Source: the human T2T-CHM13v2.0 reference genome, Homo sapiens
Reading direction: 5' to 3' (one strand)
Length of the DNA stretch: 64,000 nt
NCBI RefSeq assembly: GCF_009914755.1
Contig: NC_060932.1
Positions 1 to 12,729 of the stretch are shown piece after piece. The position numbers were made by a program, and so were the translations under genes. The notes beneath the pieces were generated by a model. That model searched no databases, was not told the origin of the DNA, and saw only the letters and a program-made list of their open reading frames with translations. Each line of letters begins with the position of its first letter. Positions within the stretch are counted from its first letter, which is position 1.

Positions 1-149
1 TGCACGATTGAGATTTGTCATGGATGGTTCAGAAATAATTTAAAAACATCAACCTATGTCATATTGGGATCAAGTTTACGAAAGGGATCTATGGATGTGA
101 ATGAAAAGTACTTTAATTCTATCATGATTAAATATCTTTAACTCCCAGA

Positions 150-437
150 TCATTGTCACTTCAGCCTAAAAAGTCAGTGTAGGACTTTTCACAAAATAAC
201 ATTACTCACAGAATTCCAACTTGTCATAGGTATTACAAGTATCATTGAATCCTCTGGGTAATAAGACCTAGTGCCAGAGCCATTGGCACTGCAGCCTGTA
301 CCAGCTACAGACTTTCTTTAATTCTGGACTCCAGTGCAAAGTTTCATCCTTGATAAATGAATCAGAGCAACACACTCAAATATGCCGTCTGTTGATTTCA
401 AAATTGGCTCACTCAAGTATCAGGCCTCTTCTGTATT
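150..437 (-). mobile_element. ERVL-class endogenous retrovirus pol fragment (RT thumb/connection), decayed
   Basis: Minus-strand translation with frameshifts gives ..YLSVLL*FIYQ..HWSPE..LVQAAVPMALALG..PEDSMILV, matching ERVL Pol HLGVLLRPIYQV..EWGPEQ..QVQAAVQAALPLGPYDPADPMVLEV. It continues the 1223-1680 fragment across the L1. Confidence 0.75.
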
Positions 438-1222
438 AAATTTTTTAAAAAATGCTTTCATTTTTATAGATTCAGGGGGTACGTGTGCAGGTTTGTTATA
501 TGGATATATTGCATAGCAGGAGTGGGGTTTGGGCTTCTAGTGTATTCATCAACTGAATAGTGAACATTGTACCCAATAAGTAATTTTTCAACCCTCACCC
601 TCCTCCCACCTTATCCCCTTTTGGAGTCCCCAGTGTCTATTATTTCCCTCTGTAGGTCCACGTGCACACATTGTTTAGCTCCCACTTACTAGTGAGAACA
701 TGCGATATTTGATTTTCTGTTTCTGAGTTATTTCACTTAGGATAATGGCCTCTGGTTCCCTCCATGTTGCTACAAAAGACATGATTAAATTTTTATGGCT
801 GTGTCATGGTGTATTATGTATGATGTATTTTCTTTATCTAATCCACTGTTGATGGATACTTGGGTTGATTCCATGACTTTGTTATTGTGAATAGTGCTGT
901 GATAAACATACAAGTGCAGGTGTCTTTTTGATATAACAGTTGATTTTCCTTTGGATAGTACCCAGTAGTGGGATTGCTGGATCAAATGGTAGCTCTATTG
1001 TTAGTTCTTTGAGAAATCTCTACACTGTTTTCCATATAGGTTATACTAATTTACATTAGCACCAGCAGTGTCTAAATGTTCCCTTTTCTTGCTAGTATCT
1101 GCTATTTTTTGTGTTTTTAATAATAGCCATTCTGACTGCTGTGAGATGGTATCTCATTTTGGTTTTATTTGCATTCCTCTGATTATTAGTGAGGTTGAGC
1201 ATTTTTTCATATGTTTGTTGTG
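438..1222 (-). mobile_element. 5'-truncated L1 (old L1PA/L1PB-type 3' end) inserted in ERVL pol
   Basis: L1 3'UTR and ORF2 C-terminal remnants (NANKTKMRYHLTAVRMAIIK). Diverged TSD ggcctcttctgtatt (423-437) / ggcctcttttgtact (1223-1237). Confidence 0.9.
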
Positions 1223-1680
1223 GGCCTCTTTTGTACTGATAGGGGGTATATGGTAGAGCAACTTGTCTTTCACTTTGGAGACGATATCCAGCCCAGACTA
1301 CTGGACTTCCGGAAAGTTCACCGAGTTGAATCTTCTTGGAGTTTATTGCCCATCCTCTGTTACAACTATGTCTTGCCAAGGCATTTAGGCGGCCTGCTAC
1401 TTCTTGCTCACCAGGTTCTATCAGTATTATGTAATTGGTGGAGCAGTCCAGCATGACATTCTATGAGATGGTAAGACAACCGAGGTCCCTGTGAACAAAA
1501 TTATAGCCAAAGATTGGATAGCTGATGTGGCCCTGAAGCAAGAGAGTGAAATTATACTCCTGACTGAAAAGTGCAAGGAAACCACTTCTAAAAATTTCTG
1601 CTTCATACTTTAGAAAACAAAGCATTTTCGAGATGAGCACTGCATGCCAGGTGCTTCAGTATGTATTGGTTTGCTCTAGT
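1223..1680 (-). mobile_element. ERVL pol fragment (reverse transcriptase core), decayed
   Basis: ORF 1092-1454 contains YIILIEPGEQEVAGRLNALARHSCNRGWAINSKKIQ and the next frame gives [11 protein letters not shown]..TKEAQ. These match ERVL [64 protein letters not shown]. Confidence 0.85.
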
Positions 1681-1695
1681 AAAAAGACTACATCT

Positions 1696-2012
1696 GGCAA
1701 GTGCAGTGGTTCCTACCTGTAATCCCAGCACTTTGGGAGGCCAAGGTGGAAGGATCTCATGAGGCTAGGAGTTCAAGACCAGCCTGGGCAACGTAGCAAA
1801 ACTCTCTCCATAAATAAAAAATTAGCTAAGTGTGGTGGCACATGTCTATAGTGCCAGCTACTTGGGAGGCTGGGGTAGGAGGATCACTTGAATCCAGCAG
1901 TTTGAGACTGCAGTGAGCCATAATCACACCACTGCTCCAGCCTGGGTGACAGAGTGAGACCCTATCTCAAAAATAACTAACTAACTAAATAAATAAATAA
2001 ATAAATAAATAT
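1696..2012 (+). mobile_element. Alu (AluJ-like)
   Basis: Dimeric Alu with (TAAA)n tail; TSD agactacatct(gg) at 1685-1697 / 2018-2030. Confidence 0.95.
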
Positions 2013-2066
2013 AAAAGAGACTACATCTGGAATAAAAGATTAATTTTCTGATTGAGTTTGTGATAA

Positions 2067-2402
<336 letters not shown>

Positions 2403-2420
2403 AAGACCTTTCTGTCTTTT

Positions 2421-2860
2421 GTGAAAGCCAATCCAAGAGTCAAATGGGGATGCTAAGAATGATCATTTCTGCATCTTTCAAGTTTTTGACATTAGCGGTA
2501 ATTTCTGCAGCTCCCCAGGAATGTGGTTTTGGTTCCAGTTTACTATCGTCATAGGGATATGGGGCTCTACAGCCCTCCTTTAGGCTCTGCCTGCACACTA
2601 GTCATCATGCCATAGACCAGGAACCCATGTAGAAACCCATGTAGATGTTCCAGTGGTTGCTGAGCATGTATAGTTCAACTATCTATTCTTGGGGAAAATA
2701 ACCACAGAAAGGATTTGCATATTAAGTGAGCCCTTTATGAAACAGACTGAGGCAAAAACTTATTATACAACCTACATAAGCACTGGTAGATATCAGGATA
2801 TTCTTGGGGATAAAAAATAGCTCTGAACCAGTGTCCAATAATCCCTGAAAGGTCTGGTTG
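2421..2860 (-). mobile_element. ERVL protease/pol fragment
   Basis: Reverse complement of 2821-2850 reads FQGLLDTGSE, the retroviral aspartic protease active site in ERVL context. Confidence 0.8.
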
Positions 2861-3381
2861 TATTACTGAGCAAAACAGGCTCACTGCTCGATGCTCTAGA
2901 AGCCTGTACTATGACACCACGGTTTTGAGAAAAGAAAAGCTTTTTATTGCAAGTCGACTCACAAGGAGACAGGAGTCAAGCTCAAATCTATCTCCCTGTG
3001 CTGGTTTCACAGCAGTAATTTTATTAGAAAAGGTTTAGGGGCTGGATTCTGGGATTAGCAGGTGATTGGTGGAAGGAAAGAGGTCTAGAAAGTCCTCAGG
3101 CATGTATAGCCATCTCTTCTTGCCTCCTTATTGGTCTCATGTGTAAATTTGGAGGGAGCTGGTATGAAGCATGGAAATTCAGGCTATGATGTCAGCAAGT
3201 TTGTTTTGTGCAAACTTATGCAGCTATAGTGGTTTCAACTGATTTCAGCCAGTTTTGTTATCTTACAAAGGAGAGAAGTTTCAGTGTTTCAGCAAGTTGT
3301 TTCTTTTCTTATCTGCCATCCTGCAAACTCAAGAATTTCTACTAGTTTTTTTTTTTTTTTTAACTTTGGGGCACAGTTTCA
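2861..3381 (-). mobile_element. Solo LTR, ERV1/MER4-group-like, inserted in the ERVL protease region
   Basis: On the minus strand it starts tgaaactgtgcc and carries an AATAAA signal (tttatt ~2943). It splits the ERVL motif VTV..KGN/QTFQGLLDTG. Confidence 0.7.
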
Positions 3382-3905
3382 GTCATTCCCTTTTCTCCTG
3401 GGTACAGTCATTCCAGGAAGTGGTGGCACTTTCCTTTGGGGAAGAGCAGACAATTTACAAAACATAATATTGCATGGACCTTCCTCCATGGTGCAATCTT
3501 CTCTTTATTCATGTGCCTCTGGGAAATGATTAGTTCTGGAATTAGATGAAGGTCTCAAATCATCTATTTTCCTGGTTTACAGTTTCAGTTCAGTTATAGA
3601 AATCAATTAGGATGTTAGAGGATAGGCCATTTATTTGGATTCTAGGGACCTTGTAATCAGTTATCCACTGTCAAACCATTCTGATTACCATGAGCCTTGC
3701 TGCCTGGTATGGTGACTATGTCTGCTCTACTTCTGGCAGTTAGGTAGTGATATTTATCCTCTGCCTGGCCTCAATCCCATCATCTCCATGGAAATAAGAG
3801 AGCTCATTACAATGGCAGTATCTCTCAACCTTATCCATGGCCAATGGAGTGAAGCCAACATAGCACTTTTCAAGAATCGCAGGGCTTCCCAACTATGTAT
3901 TTCTC
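3382..3905 (-). mobile_element. ERVL gag/pro fragment
   Basis: Minus-strand reading resembles ERVL Gag C-terminus (..GRG..LNCQK..HSHHTRQQGSW / NQNGLT). A further decayed piece follows the L1 at ~4850-4960. Confidence 0.6.
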
Positions 3906-3916
3906 AAAACTGAGGT

Positions 3917-4429
3917 GAATAGACAATTCTCAAAAGAAGATATACAAATGGCCAACAAACATATCAAAAAATGCTCAACATCACTAATGATCAGGGAAAT
4001 GCAAATCAAAACCAGTGTGATACCACCTTACTCCTGCAAGGATGGCCATAATAAAAAAGTCAAAAAACAGTAGATGTTAGCATGGATGCAGTGATCAGGG
4101 AACACTTCTACACTGCTGGTGGGAATGTAAACTAATAAAGCCACTATAGAAAACAGTGTGGAGATTCTTAAAGAACTGAAAGTGGAGCTACCATTTGATC
4201 CAGCAATCCCAATATTGGGTATCTACCCAGAGGAAAAGAAGTCATTATACAAAAAAGATACATGCACACGCATGCTTATAGCAGCACAATTCACAACTGC
4301 AATAATTCTGAAAGGTCTGGTTGTATTACTGGGCAAAAGGGGCTCACTGCCCAATGCTCTAGAAGCATGGAACCCACCTAAATGCCCGTAAATCAACAAG
4401 TGGATAAAGAAACTCTGGTATATATATAT

Positions 4430-4484
<55 letters not shown>

Positions 4485-4840
4485 ATGGAATGCTATTCAG
4501 CCATAAAAAGGAATGAGTTAATGGCATTTGCAGTGACCTGGATGAGATTGGAGACTATTATTCTAAGTGAAGTAACTCAGGAATGGAAAACCAAACATTG
4601 TATATTCTCACTGATATGTGGGAGCTAAACTACAAGGATGCAAAGGTATGAGAATGATACAAGGGAATCCAGGGACTTGGCGTGAAGGGAGGGAGGAGGC
4701 GAGGGATAAAAGAATACAAATAGGGTGGAGTGGATACTGCTTGGGTGATTGGTGGACCAAAATCTCACAGATCACCACTAAAGAACTTACTCATGTAATC
4801 AAACACCACCTGTACCCCAATAACCTATGGAAAAAAAAAA
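3917..4840 (+). mobile_element. 5'-truncated L1PB 3' end with internal (CA)n (4439-4482)
   Basis: ORF2 C-terminus ([26 protein letters not shown]), L1PB 3'UTR and poly(A). Approximate TSD aaaactgaggtgaa / aaaactgtgatgaa. Confidence 0.92.
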
Positions 4841-5639
4841 CTGTGATGAAAGGAGAGCCTGCTGACCCTACTAGGATGGGTAAGCAAGTCACTTGTGATA
4901 AATCCATTTCCGTACATTTCCTCCCTCTTTATCATGTCCAGGAATTTCTACTATCTTACTATTGTTTTGTGTAGACCACACTGAGTCTATGTTTCAGCCA
5001 ACTGGAACATACATATGATAGAAGTGGAGAACAAGGAAGACTGCCATCCATTTGTTGGTAGCTGCCACAGGCAATGTTGTTTTAGGGTATTTGAGCAAGG
5101 CATGGCCAGACAGTTCTCCCACCAGACTGGGAGAACTCACATTTTCTACTGATAAGGGGGCTCATTAGTCTTTCGAATTTATAGAAAATGAAGTTATTAA
5201 ATTCTGCCAAATATTGTCATTTAAATTATCGGGTGCCACACTTTTGCAGTCTTTCATGTAAGAAATGTGTTGAAACTGGAATTTAAGCCAAGAAATATCT
5301 AGCATCCTGTGGGATAAGTGTCAGTTTGATTTGAGCTTATGTAAAGCCCATAGCCAGAAGACATGAGATACATTTAGGGCATAGAAGCTATAGGTTTTTT
5401 GACCATGCTTTGAAAATGATACCCAGGAGGGCCTAGAATAACATCATTTTGTTCAATGTTCTGTCCAAAGTTGTATCATTATAATGTTGTTGAAAGAAAG
5501 TTGGTTACATTTTATGGTATTTTATTGCAAGTTCCAAGAACCTATTGATGACCACAAGTGAAGGCTTACTGTATATGTATATTACATTATTATTTTGCCC
5601 ATTGCCCACCTCCAACCCACTAATGCGAGAATAAGAAAT

Positions 5640-5735
5640 TGTTATCTCTTTTCTTCACACCTGTATACTCTGCTCAGAAAAGCACTTGGATCACAGTAGG
5701 TACTCAATAAATAGTTGGTGAAATAATGAATAAAT
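5640..5735 (+). mobile_element. L2 3' end fragment
   Basis: cacagtaggtactcaataaatagttggtgaaataatgaataaat is typical of the L2 3' terminus. Confidence 0.55.
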
Positions 5736-6034
5736 AGTCCTTGTTTTTATGATGTTTATATCAAATGGAGGAGAAAGACATTAAACATTCATATATAATC
5801 TCTTAATTAAAATCTAAATTTGAATCTGTTCTAAGTTGTGTTGAATTGTTCTATTGTCAATTTGATTAACCTAGAAATTATTTTTTCCAGAATTCCTTTC
5901 TCTGTGGGTCGTGGACCCACAGAGGCAAGCTCCCCTTTGCTGTCACTTTAGCAGCTTAACATATTTGGTTTCTTGGATTTCCTTGGAGGCTCTTTCTCAC
6001 CTATGCCATTGCTTAAGGAGAACTAATTAATAAC

Positions 6035-6411
<377 letters not shown>

Positions 6412-7404
6412 TTAATTATGTAATGTCTAATTCCTATTCTAAATGCTTTATCCCATAACACTCATAGCCAATTCTTTCGGGAGATAAACTAAGAAATCAG
6501 CAATCTTTCAAATCCTGTGTAGAAAATAGTCTGTGTTGAATTTTTTGAGAGTGGTATGTCTGTCTCAAGTACAGCAATTCCTGAAATATTTTCTTGGGTA
6601 CTTTTGACTATTTGCCTCTTTTGCCTGACAGACTGATACTAGATATTCATCTCCATGCAAGAGGGAAAATGTGATGTAGCTGAGTGGGTGAGATCATTTA
6701 TGAAAAAGAATATTGGGAGAAATGAGAGCCTCTATGACAAATCCTTGAGACACTCCAAAACTTCTTTACCAGACAATGAAGAATAAATTTGAAAAGCAGG
6801 CGCAGAGTGGCTAGAGAGGCTGAAGGAGAGGCAGGAAGGTGTTGTGTCTTGAAAGTCAAGGAAATGTTGTGAAGGGTGGTGTAGAAACTTATGCTTCAGT
6901 AACTTCGACATATTAGTTTTTTTTTGCAAGAGTATACCTTCAAATTAAAAAAGATAAGAGTTTTCATTAAGAAAGTTTTATTCCATAGTTGGACTGTCAT
7001 AAAGTGAGGAAATCTTCAAGGTTCAAAGAAAAGAAAAAGAAGAAAACAATGTAAGCTTAAACTAAAATGGTGAACAAAGAACATATTTAAAGAGATCTCC
7101 CACAGGGCTTTTACACAATGTGCATAGCTTTTCTTTGTAAATATGTTTCCCTGAGAAATGTTAATATATCCTTAGGCTTATAGAAAAAGTGCTTCAGGCA
7201 AGTGACAAAATGAGGGAATGGAACTCAAGACTTCCAGATGTAACCCATGAAATTGGGAATGAACTGGAATGATCTCAGATAGGTAGAACCGTTGGCTTTA
7301 GGAGAAGCAAAACGAAATACTATCCAGAGAAATATATTCTCAATGGAGACTCCAGGTTTTCCACAAGTTAAAATCAACCATTGTAATTGTTAACCCCCTT
7401 AGCC

Positions 7405-8320
7405 CAACTTGACTGGTCGAAAAGATACCCAGATAGTTGGTAAAACATTATATCTGGATACATCTGTGAGGATATCTCCAGAAGAGGTTGACATTTCAAT
7501 CAGTAGATGAAGTAAAGAAGATCCGCATTCACTAATGTGAGCAGGAATCATCCAAGCTTTTAGGGGCCCAAATAGAACAAAAAAGGTGGAGGAAGGGCAA
7601 ATTTTTTACTGGCTTGAGCTGAGAAATCCATCTTCTCCTGCCCTTGGACACCAGTGCTCCTGGTTCTTGGGCTTTCAGACATAGATTGGGATCTACACCA
7701 TTGGCCTCCTGATTTTCAGGCCTTCAGACTTGGACTGAGTTACACCACTAGCTTTCCTGGTTCTCAACTTGCAGACAGCAGATTGTAGAACTTCCTGGCC
7801 TCCATAACTAATATGTTTTTGCTGTGTCCCCACCCAAATCTCATCTTGAATTGTAATCCAAATTGTAATCCCCACCTGTCAAGGGAGGGACCTGGTGAGA
7901 GGTGATTGGATCAAGGGGGCAGTTTCCCCCATGGTATTCTCATGATAGTGAGTATGTTTTCATGAGATCTGGTTGTTTGATAAGTATCTAGAACTTCCCC
8001 CTTCTCTCTCTCTCTCTCTCTCTCTCTCGCTCTCCTGGCACCTTGTGAATAATGTACTTCTCCTTTGCCTTCTGCCATGATTGTAAGTTTCCTGTAGCCT
8101 TCCCAGTCATGCAGAACTGTGAGTCAATTAAACCTCTTTCCTTTTAAATTACCCAGTCTCAGGCAGTTCTTTATAGCACTGTGAAAACAGACTAATGCAG
8201 AAACTGTGTGAACCAATTTCCATAATAACACTCCTTATGTGTGTGTGTGTGTTCACAGACACAGATATACCCCATTGTATCCCATTGGTTGTGTTTCTCC
8301 AGAGAATCCTGAATAAACAA
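7405..8320 (+). mobile_element. MLT2 (ERVL) solo LTR interrupted by a MaLR LTR
   Basis: MLT2 motifs (caactttgactgg..cccagatagttggtaaaacatt; cccattggttgtgtttctccagagaatcctga) flank the insert at ~7810-8199. Confidence 0.8.
7810..8199 (+). mobile_element. THE1/MST MaLR solo LTR nested in MLT2
   Basis: gctgtgtccccacccaaatctcatcttgaattgtaatcc ... gaactgtgagtcaattaaacctctttcc ... acagactaatgca. Confidence 0.88.
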
Positions 8321-8424
8321 CCATCATGAGCTCACAAATCATCTTGAGGGAGAGAAACAACAGATTTAATTCCTCAAGAATTTTAGGTAATAAAACTATT
8401 ATCTATGTATGTGAGATAACTATA

Positions 8425-8915
8425 CATATTAGCTTTCTGTTGCTGCTATAAGATATTACTGCAAAACTTAGTGAGTTAAAACACCACCAATCTATTCTCT
8501 TACAGTTCTAGACTTCAGAAGTCTAAAATTAAGATGTTGTATGGGATATGTTCCTCTGGAAGCTTTAGAGGAAAATATATTTCTTTGCCTCTTCTAGCTT
8601 CTAGAGACTACTTACATTTCTTGGTTTATGGCTCCCTCCTCCATTTTCTAAGTGTATGACTACAACTTCTGGCTCCCTTGTCACATTTATTTTTTCTGAC
8701 TTTGCTTTTTTACCTTCTTCTTATAAGAACCCTCGTGATTATATTGGAATATAAATATAGATAATACCAGATAATTCAGGATAGTCTCCAATTTCAAGAA
8801 CCTTAGTGACATCTACAAAGTCTCTTTTGCCATGTAAGGTAGCATATTTAAAGTTTCTGGGGGATTTGAATGAGGACATCATTGGCGATGGAAGCTTTAT
8901 TTTGTCTTCCACACT
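8425..8915 (-). mobile_element. MLT1 MaLR LTR
   Basis: attagctttctgttgctgctataa..ctcttacagttctag..cagaagtctaaaattaag..; gcctcttctagcttctagag; aaagtctcttttgccatgtaaggt. Confidence 0.8.
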
Positions 8916-8929
8916 ATGCATGAATGTTT

Positions 8930-10830
8930 AAAGAATTTTTTTTAAAATGGAAAAAAAGATAAACATCATGGCAATATATACAAGTAATCATGTAGATGTA
9001 AAAAGAAGCAGATAAAAATTAAAAATAAAATGTAATCATCAATTAAAAAAAAAACTTAAGGGATGGACCAAACAACAGAGTAGATGTGGCTGAAGAAAGA
9101 ATTAGTGAACTGAAAGACAGAGCTGAAAACTTTCAGAATGTCACACAGAAAGCTGAAATGGAAAATATGAGAGAGGTTAATAGATATGGAGAAGAGAATG
9201 AGAGTGCCTAACATACTTGTATTTGAAGCCCTAGGAAGAAAAAATAAAAATATTGAAGGAGAGGCAATATTTGAAAGCATAAATTTGAGAATTTTCTAGA
9301 ACTGATACTATATAAGCCACAGATACAGGAAAGATAATATTTACCAAGAAGAATAAAGTGAAAAGAAATCTACCCCTAGTTATAAAGTTGAGCAACTGCA
9401 GAACATCAATGACAAAGAGATCTAAGATGTAGCCATGTAGAAAAGACAAATTATAACCTTCTTTCCCCTCCAAAAGACTTAGAATAGGCTTTTTTAAAAC
9501 CTGAAAAAATGGAAGTCAGAATAATTGCATATGTTAATAAAATATATATTTAATTCAGAGAGAAAAATATTGGACTAGAATTGTCTCTATCTCAAAAATT
9601 GGAGTAATATACAGGAATTTTCATATAATTAAATATTGACTACATACTGAGTGTTAATCACTAATAGATCTGCACAAAATAAACTTCTGAAACATATACT
9701 TCAGGAGGAAGTAAAATTGTTTTGAAAAGGCCTAAGATGCAGAATAAAATTGTGAGCAAATGAATTTTTAAATGTAGATAAGTGAGCAATGTCTATATAA
9801 TGATAATGGATAACTTGTTGTGGCTAATAAAGACACAATTGAAATACTGAGGAGCAATAGTATATAAGCCAGAATTGAGGTGATCAGACTTAAAATGTTC
9901 TAAGAATTCTTGAATGGATAAGAGTGAGAGAAAAACTCCTAATTTTAGATTTGTTACACATAGATGCTAAATTTCAAAGGTAACTTTAAAAAAATAGAAA
10001 TAGAGTACATAATTTCCAAACAGGTAGAGAAAAATATGGAATAAAGAGTTATTCAAACAAGAAAAATCTATACAAAGTGAAGAGAACAAAAAGAGAGAAA
10101 AAAATCAAAAGCAAAAAATAAGGAGGTAAAACCAAGTCCAAATATATCTGTGATCACAGTAAATTAAAAAGAACCACATTTGATGATTAAAATGCAGTTT
10201 GTCAAATTGGATTAAGAGCAAAAATAAAGGCAGCAATCTAATCTTTTAAAGCCAACCTAAAGCATAAAAAACCATGATCAGGTTGAAAATAAAGGAAAGG
10301 AAAAATATAGGCAAATCCAAACCAAAGGTAACCGAAACTGAGTTTAGTGAAAAGCTGACTTTTGGATAAAAAGTATGAGAAGTATAATGGTGTTTATTAC
10401 ATAATGATTAAAAGTTTAATTTATTAGGATAATATAGTTCTAAACTTGCTTCTAACTAATAATCTAGTCAATAACATATAAAGCAAAACTTGATAGAACG
10501 TCAGGGAGAAATTAACAAATACACCAACCAAATAAGAAATTTTGACATGTCTTTCCCCTTATTAATAGATCAAAGAAACAAATTATTAGCATAGAAGTAA
10601 AATAGATCAATGACAAAATTAACATGCTTTATACATTGGACATATATAGAACTCTGCTTGCAATTAGAAAGCATGCATTCTTCCTAAGCACACATGAAAT
10701 ATTTATAAAAATTGACCATATATTAAACCACAAAGCAAGGCTCAGCAAATTTCAATGATTTAATATTCTAGAGACCACATTGTCTGATCAGAGTTTTATT
10801 TAATTTATAGCAAAAATCCAATCCATATAT
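8930..10830 (+). mobile_element. Ancient L1M ORF1/ORF2-endonuclease remnant
   Basis: A-rich; gctgaagaaagaattagtgaactgaaagacag (ORF1 coiled coil) and aaaattgaccatatattaaaccacaaagca (KIDHILNHKA, endonuclease domain). Confidence 0.75.
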
Positions 10831-10837
10831 TTATTAA

Positions 10838-12515
10838 ATTTTTTTGTTTTTGAGGTAAAACTAACATACCATAAAATTCACCATTTTAACCAGGCTAAAG
10901 TGTATAGTTTAATAATTACAATACATTCACAGTTGCCCAGCCTTCATCAATATCTAATTACAGAACATTTTCATTACCTCCACCAAAGAGACTCCATATC
11001 CATTAACAATTATTATCCACTCCTCCCCAACCCCAGTCCCTGGAAGCCACTAGTCTACTTTCTGTCTCTATAGGTTTTTCTATTCTGGACATTCACATGA
11101 ATGGAATTATGCCAGGTGTGGCCTTTTGTGCCTGGCTTCTATCTCTTAGCATAATGTTTTCAAGGTTGATCCAGGTACTAGCATGTATCAGTAATTTGTT
11201 CTTTTGTTGCAGAATAATATTCCATTGTATGACTATGCCATGTTTTATTTATCCATTCATCAGTTGATCAACATTTGGGTTGTTTCTACTTTTTAGCAAT
11301 TACAAATAATGCTGCTATGAACAGTTATACATTAAGTTTTAATATGAACATATGTTTTCATTTCTTTTAGGCAAATACCTAAGAGCAGAATTGCTGGGTC
11401 ACATGATAATTCTATGTTTAACTTTTTGAGAAGCCACCACATATTTTTTTAAGTGATTGCACCATTTTACATTCCCACCAGTAATGTATGTAGGTTCCAA
11501 TTTCTCCACATCCTTGTCAATATTATTTTACATTAAAAATATAATCATCCTAGTGGGTATGAAGTAGTATTTGCTATGTCATTGTGATTTTGATTTGAAT
11601 TTTTCTAATGTCTGATGATGGGAATCATTTTTTTCATGTGCTTATTGATCGTTAGTATATTTTCATTATTTTATTTTTTATTTTTATTTTATTTTTTGAG
11701 ACAGAGTCTTGCTCTGTTGCCCAGACTGTAGTGCAATGGCATGATCTCGGCTCACTGCAACCTCTGCTGCCAGGTTCAAGCGATTCTCTTGCTTCAGCCT
11801 CCCAAGTAGCTGGGATTACAGGCAAGTGCCACTACGCCTGGCTAATTTTTGTGTTTTTAGTAGAGACGGGGTTTCGGCATCTTGGCCAGGCTGGCCTTGA
11901 ACTCCTGACCTCATGGTCCACCCGTCTCAGCCTCCCAAAGTGCTGGGATTACAGGCGTGAGCCACCGCTCCCAGCCCATCATTAGTATATTTTCTTTGGA
12001 GAAATATCTATTCAAGATCTTTGTCCATTTTTAAATTGGGTTGTCTTTTTGCTGTTAAGTTGTAAGAGTTCTTTAAGATTCTGGATGCTACACTCTTAAC
12101 AGATATATGATTTCCAAATATTTTTCCCATACTGTGGGTTGCCTTTTCATTCTTTTGAGGGCGTCCTTTGGTACATAAAAGTGTTTACTTTTAATAAAGT
12201 CCAATTCATTTTTTTCTTTTGTTGCTTATGCTTTTTGTGTCATATCTAAGAATCCATTGCCAAATCTGTATGAAGGTTTATACGTTTTTTGAAGATTTAT
12301 AAGAGTTTCATAGTTTTAGCTCTTAATATTTAGGTCTTTGATCCATTTTGAGCCAATTTTTGTATACGGTATCAAGTAAGGGTCTAATTTCATTCTTTTG
12401 TTGTGGATATTCACTCATCCTAGTAGCATTTGTTGAGAAGATTTTTCTTTCCCCTTTTGATGGTCTTAGTACTCTTGTTGATGTCAGTTGACCCTATACA
12501 TATGGACTTAATTTC
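10838..12515 (-). mobile_element. L1MB-type 3' fragment inserted in the older L1
   Basis: L1M 3'UTR (tgaggtaaaactaacataccataaaattcacc) followed by antisense ORF2 sequence; interrupted by an Alu. Confidence 0.85.
11665..11977 (-). mobile_element. Alu (AluS-like)
   Basis: Full Alu; 17-bp TSD atc(g/a)ttagtatattttc at 11648-11664 / 11978-11994. Confidence 0.95.
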
Positions 12516-12726
12516 TATATTTTTGAGAAACACTCTTCTAAACAACTTATATGTCATTTCATTCTTCTGTTGTGGATATTCACTCATCCTAGTAGCATTT
12601 GTTGAGAAGACTTTTCTTTCCCCTTTCAATGGTCTTAGTACTCTTGTTAATGTCAGTTGACCATATACATATGGACTTAATTTCTATATTTTTGAGAAAC
12701 ACTCTTCTAAACAACTTATATGTCAT
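12387..12726. repeat. 169-bp tandem duplication (2 copies)
   Basis: Units 12387-12555 and 12556-12724 are near-identical. The ORF track shows MTYKLFRRVFLKNIEIKSICI twice. Confidence 0.95.
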
Positions 12727-12729
12727 AGA

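Noticed and set aside
1092-1454. 120-aa ORF as a domesticated retroviral gene
   Set aside because: It is a chance fusion of ERVL RT and L1 sequence. The catalytic YIDD motif is lost and neighbouring sequence is frameshifted.
12387-12726. Direct repeats as a CRISPR-like array
   Set aside because: These are two abutting L1-derived units with no spacers, in eukaryotic DNA.
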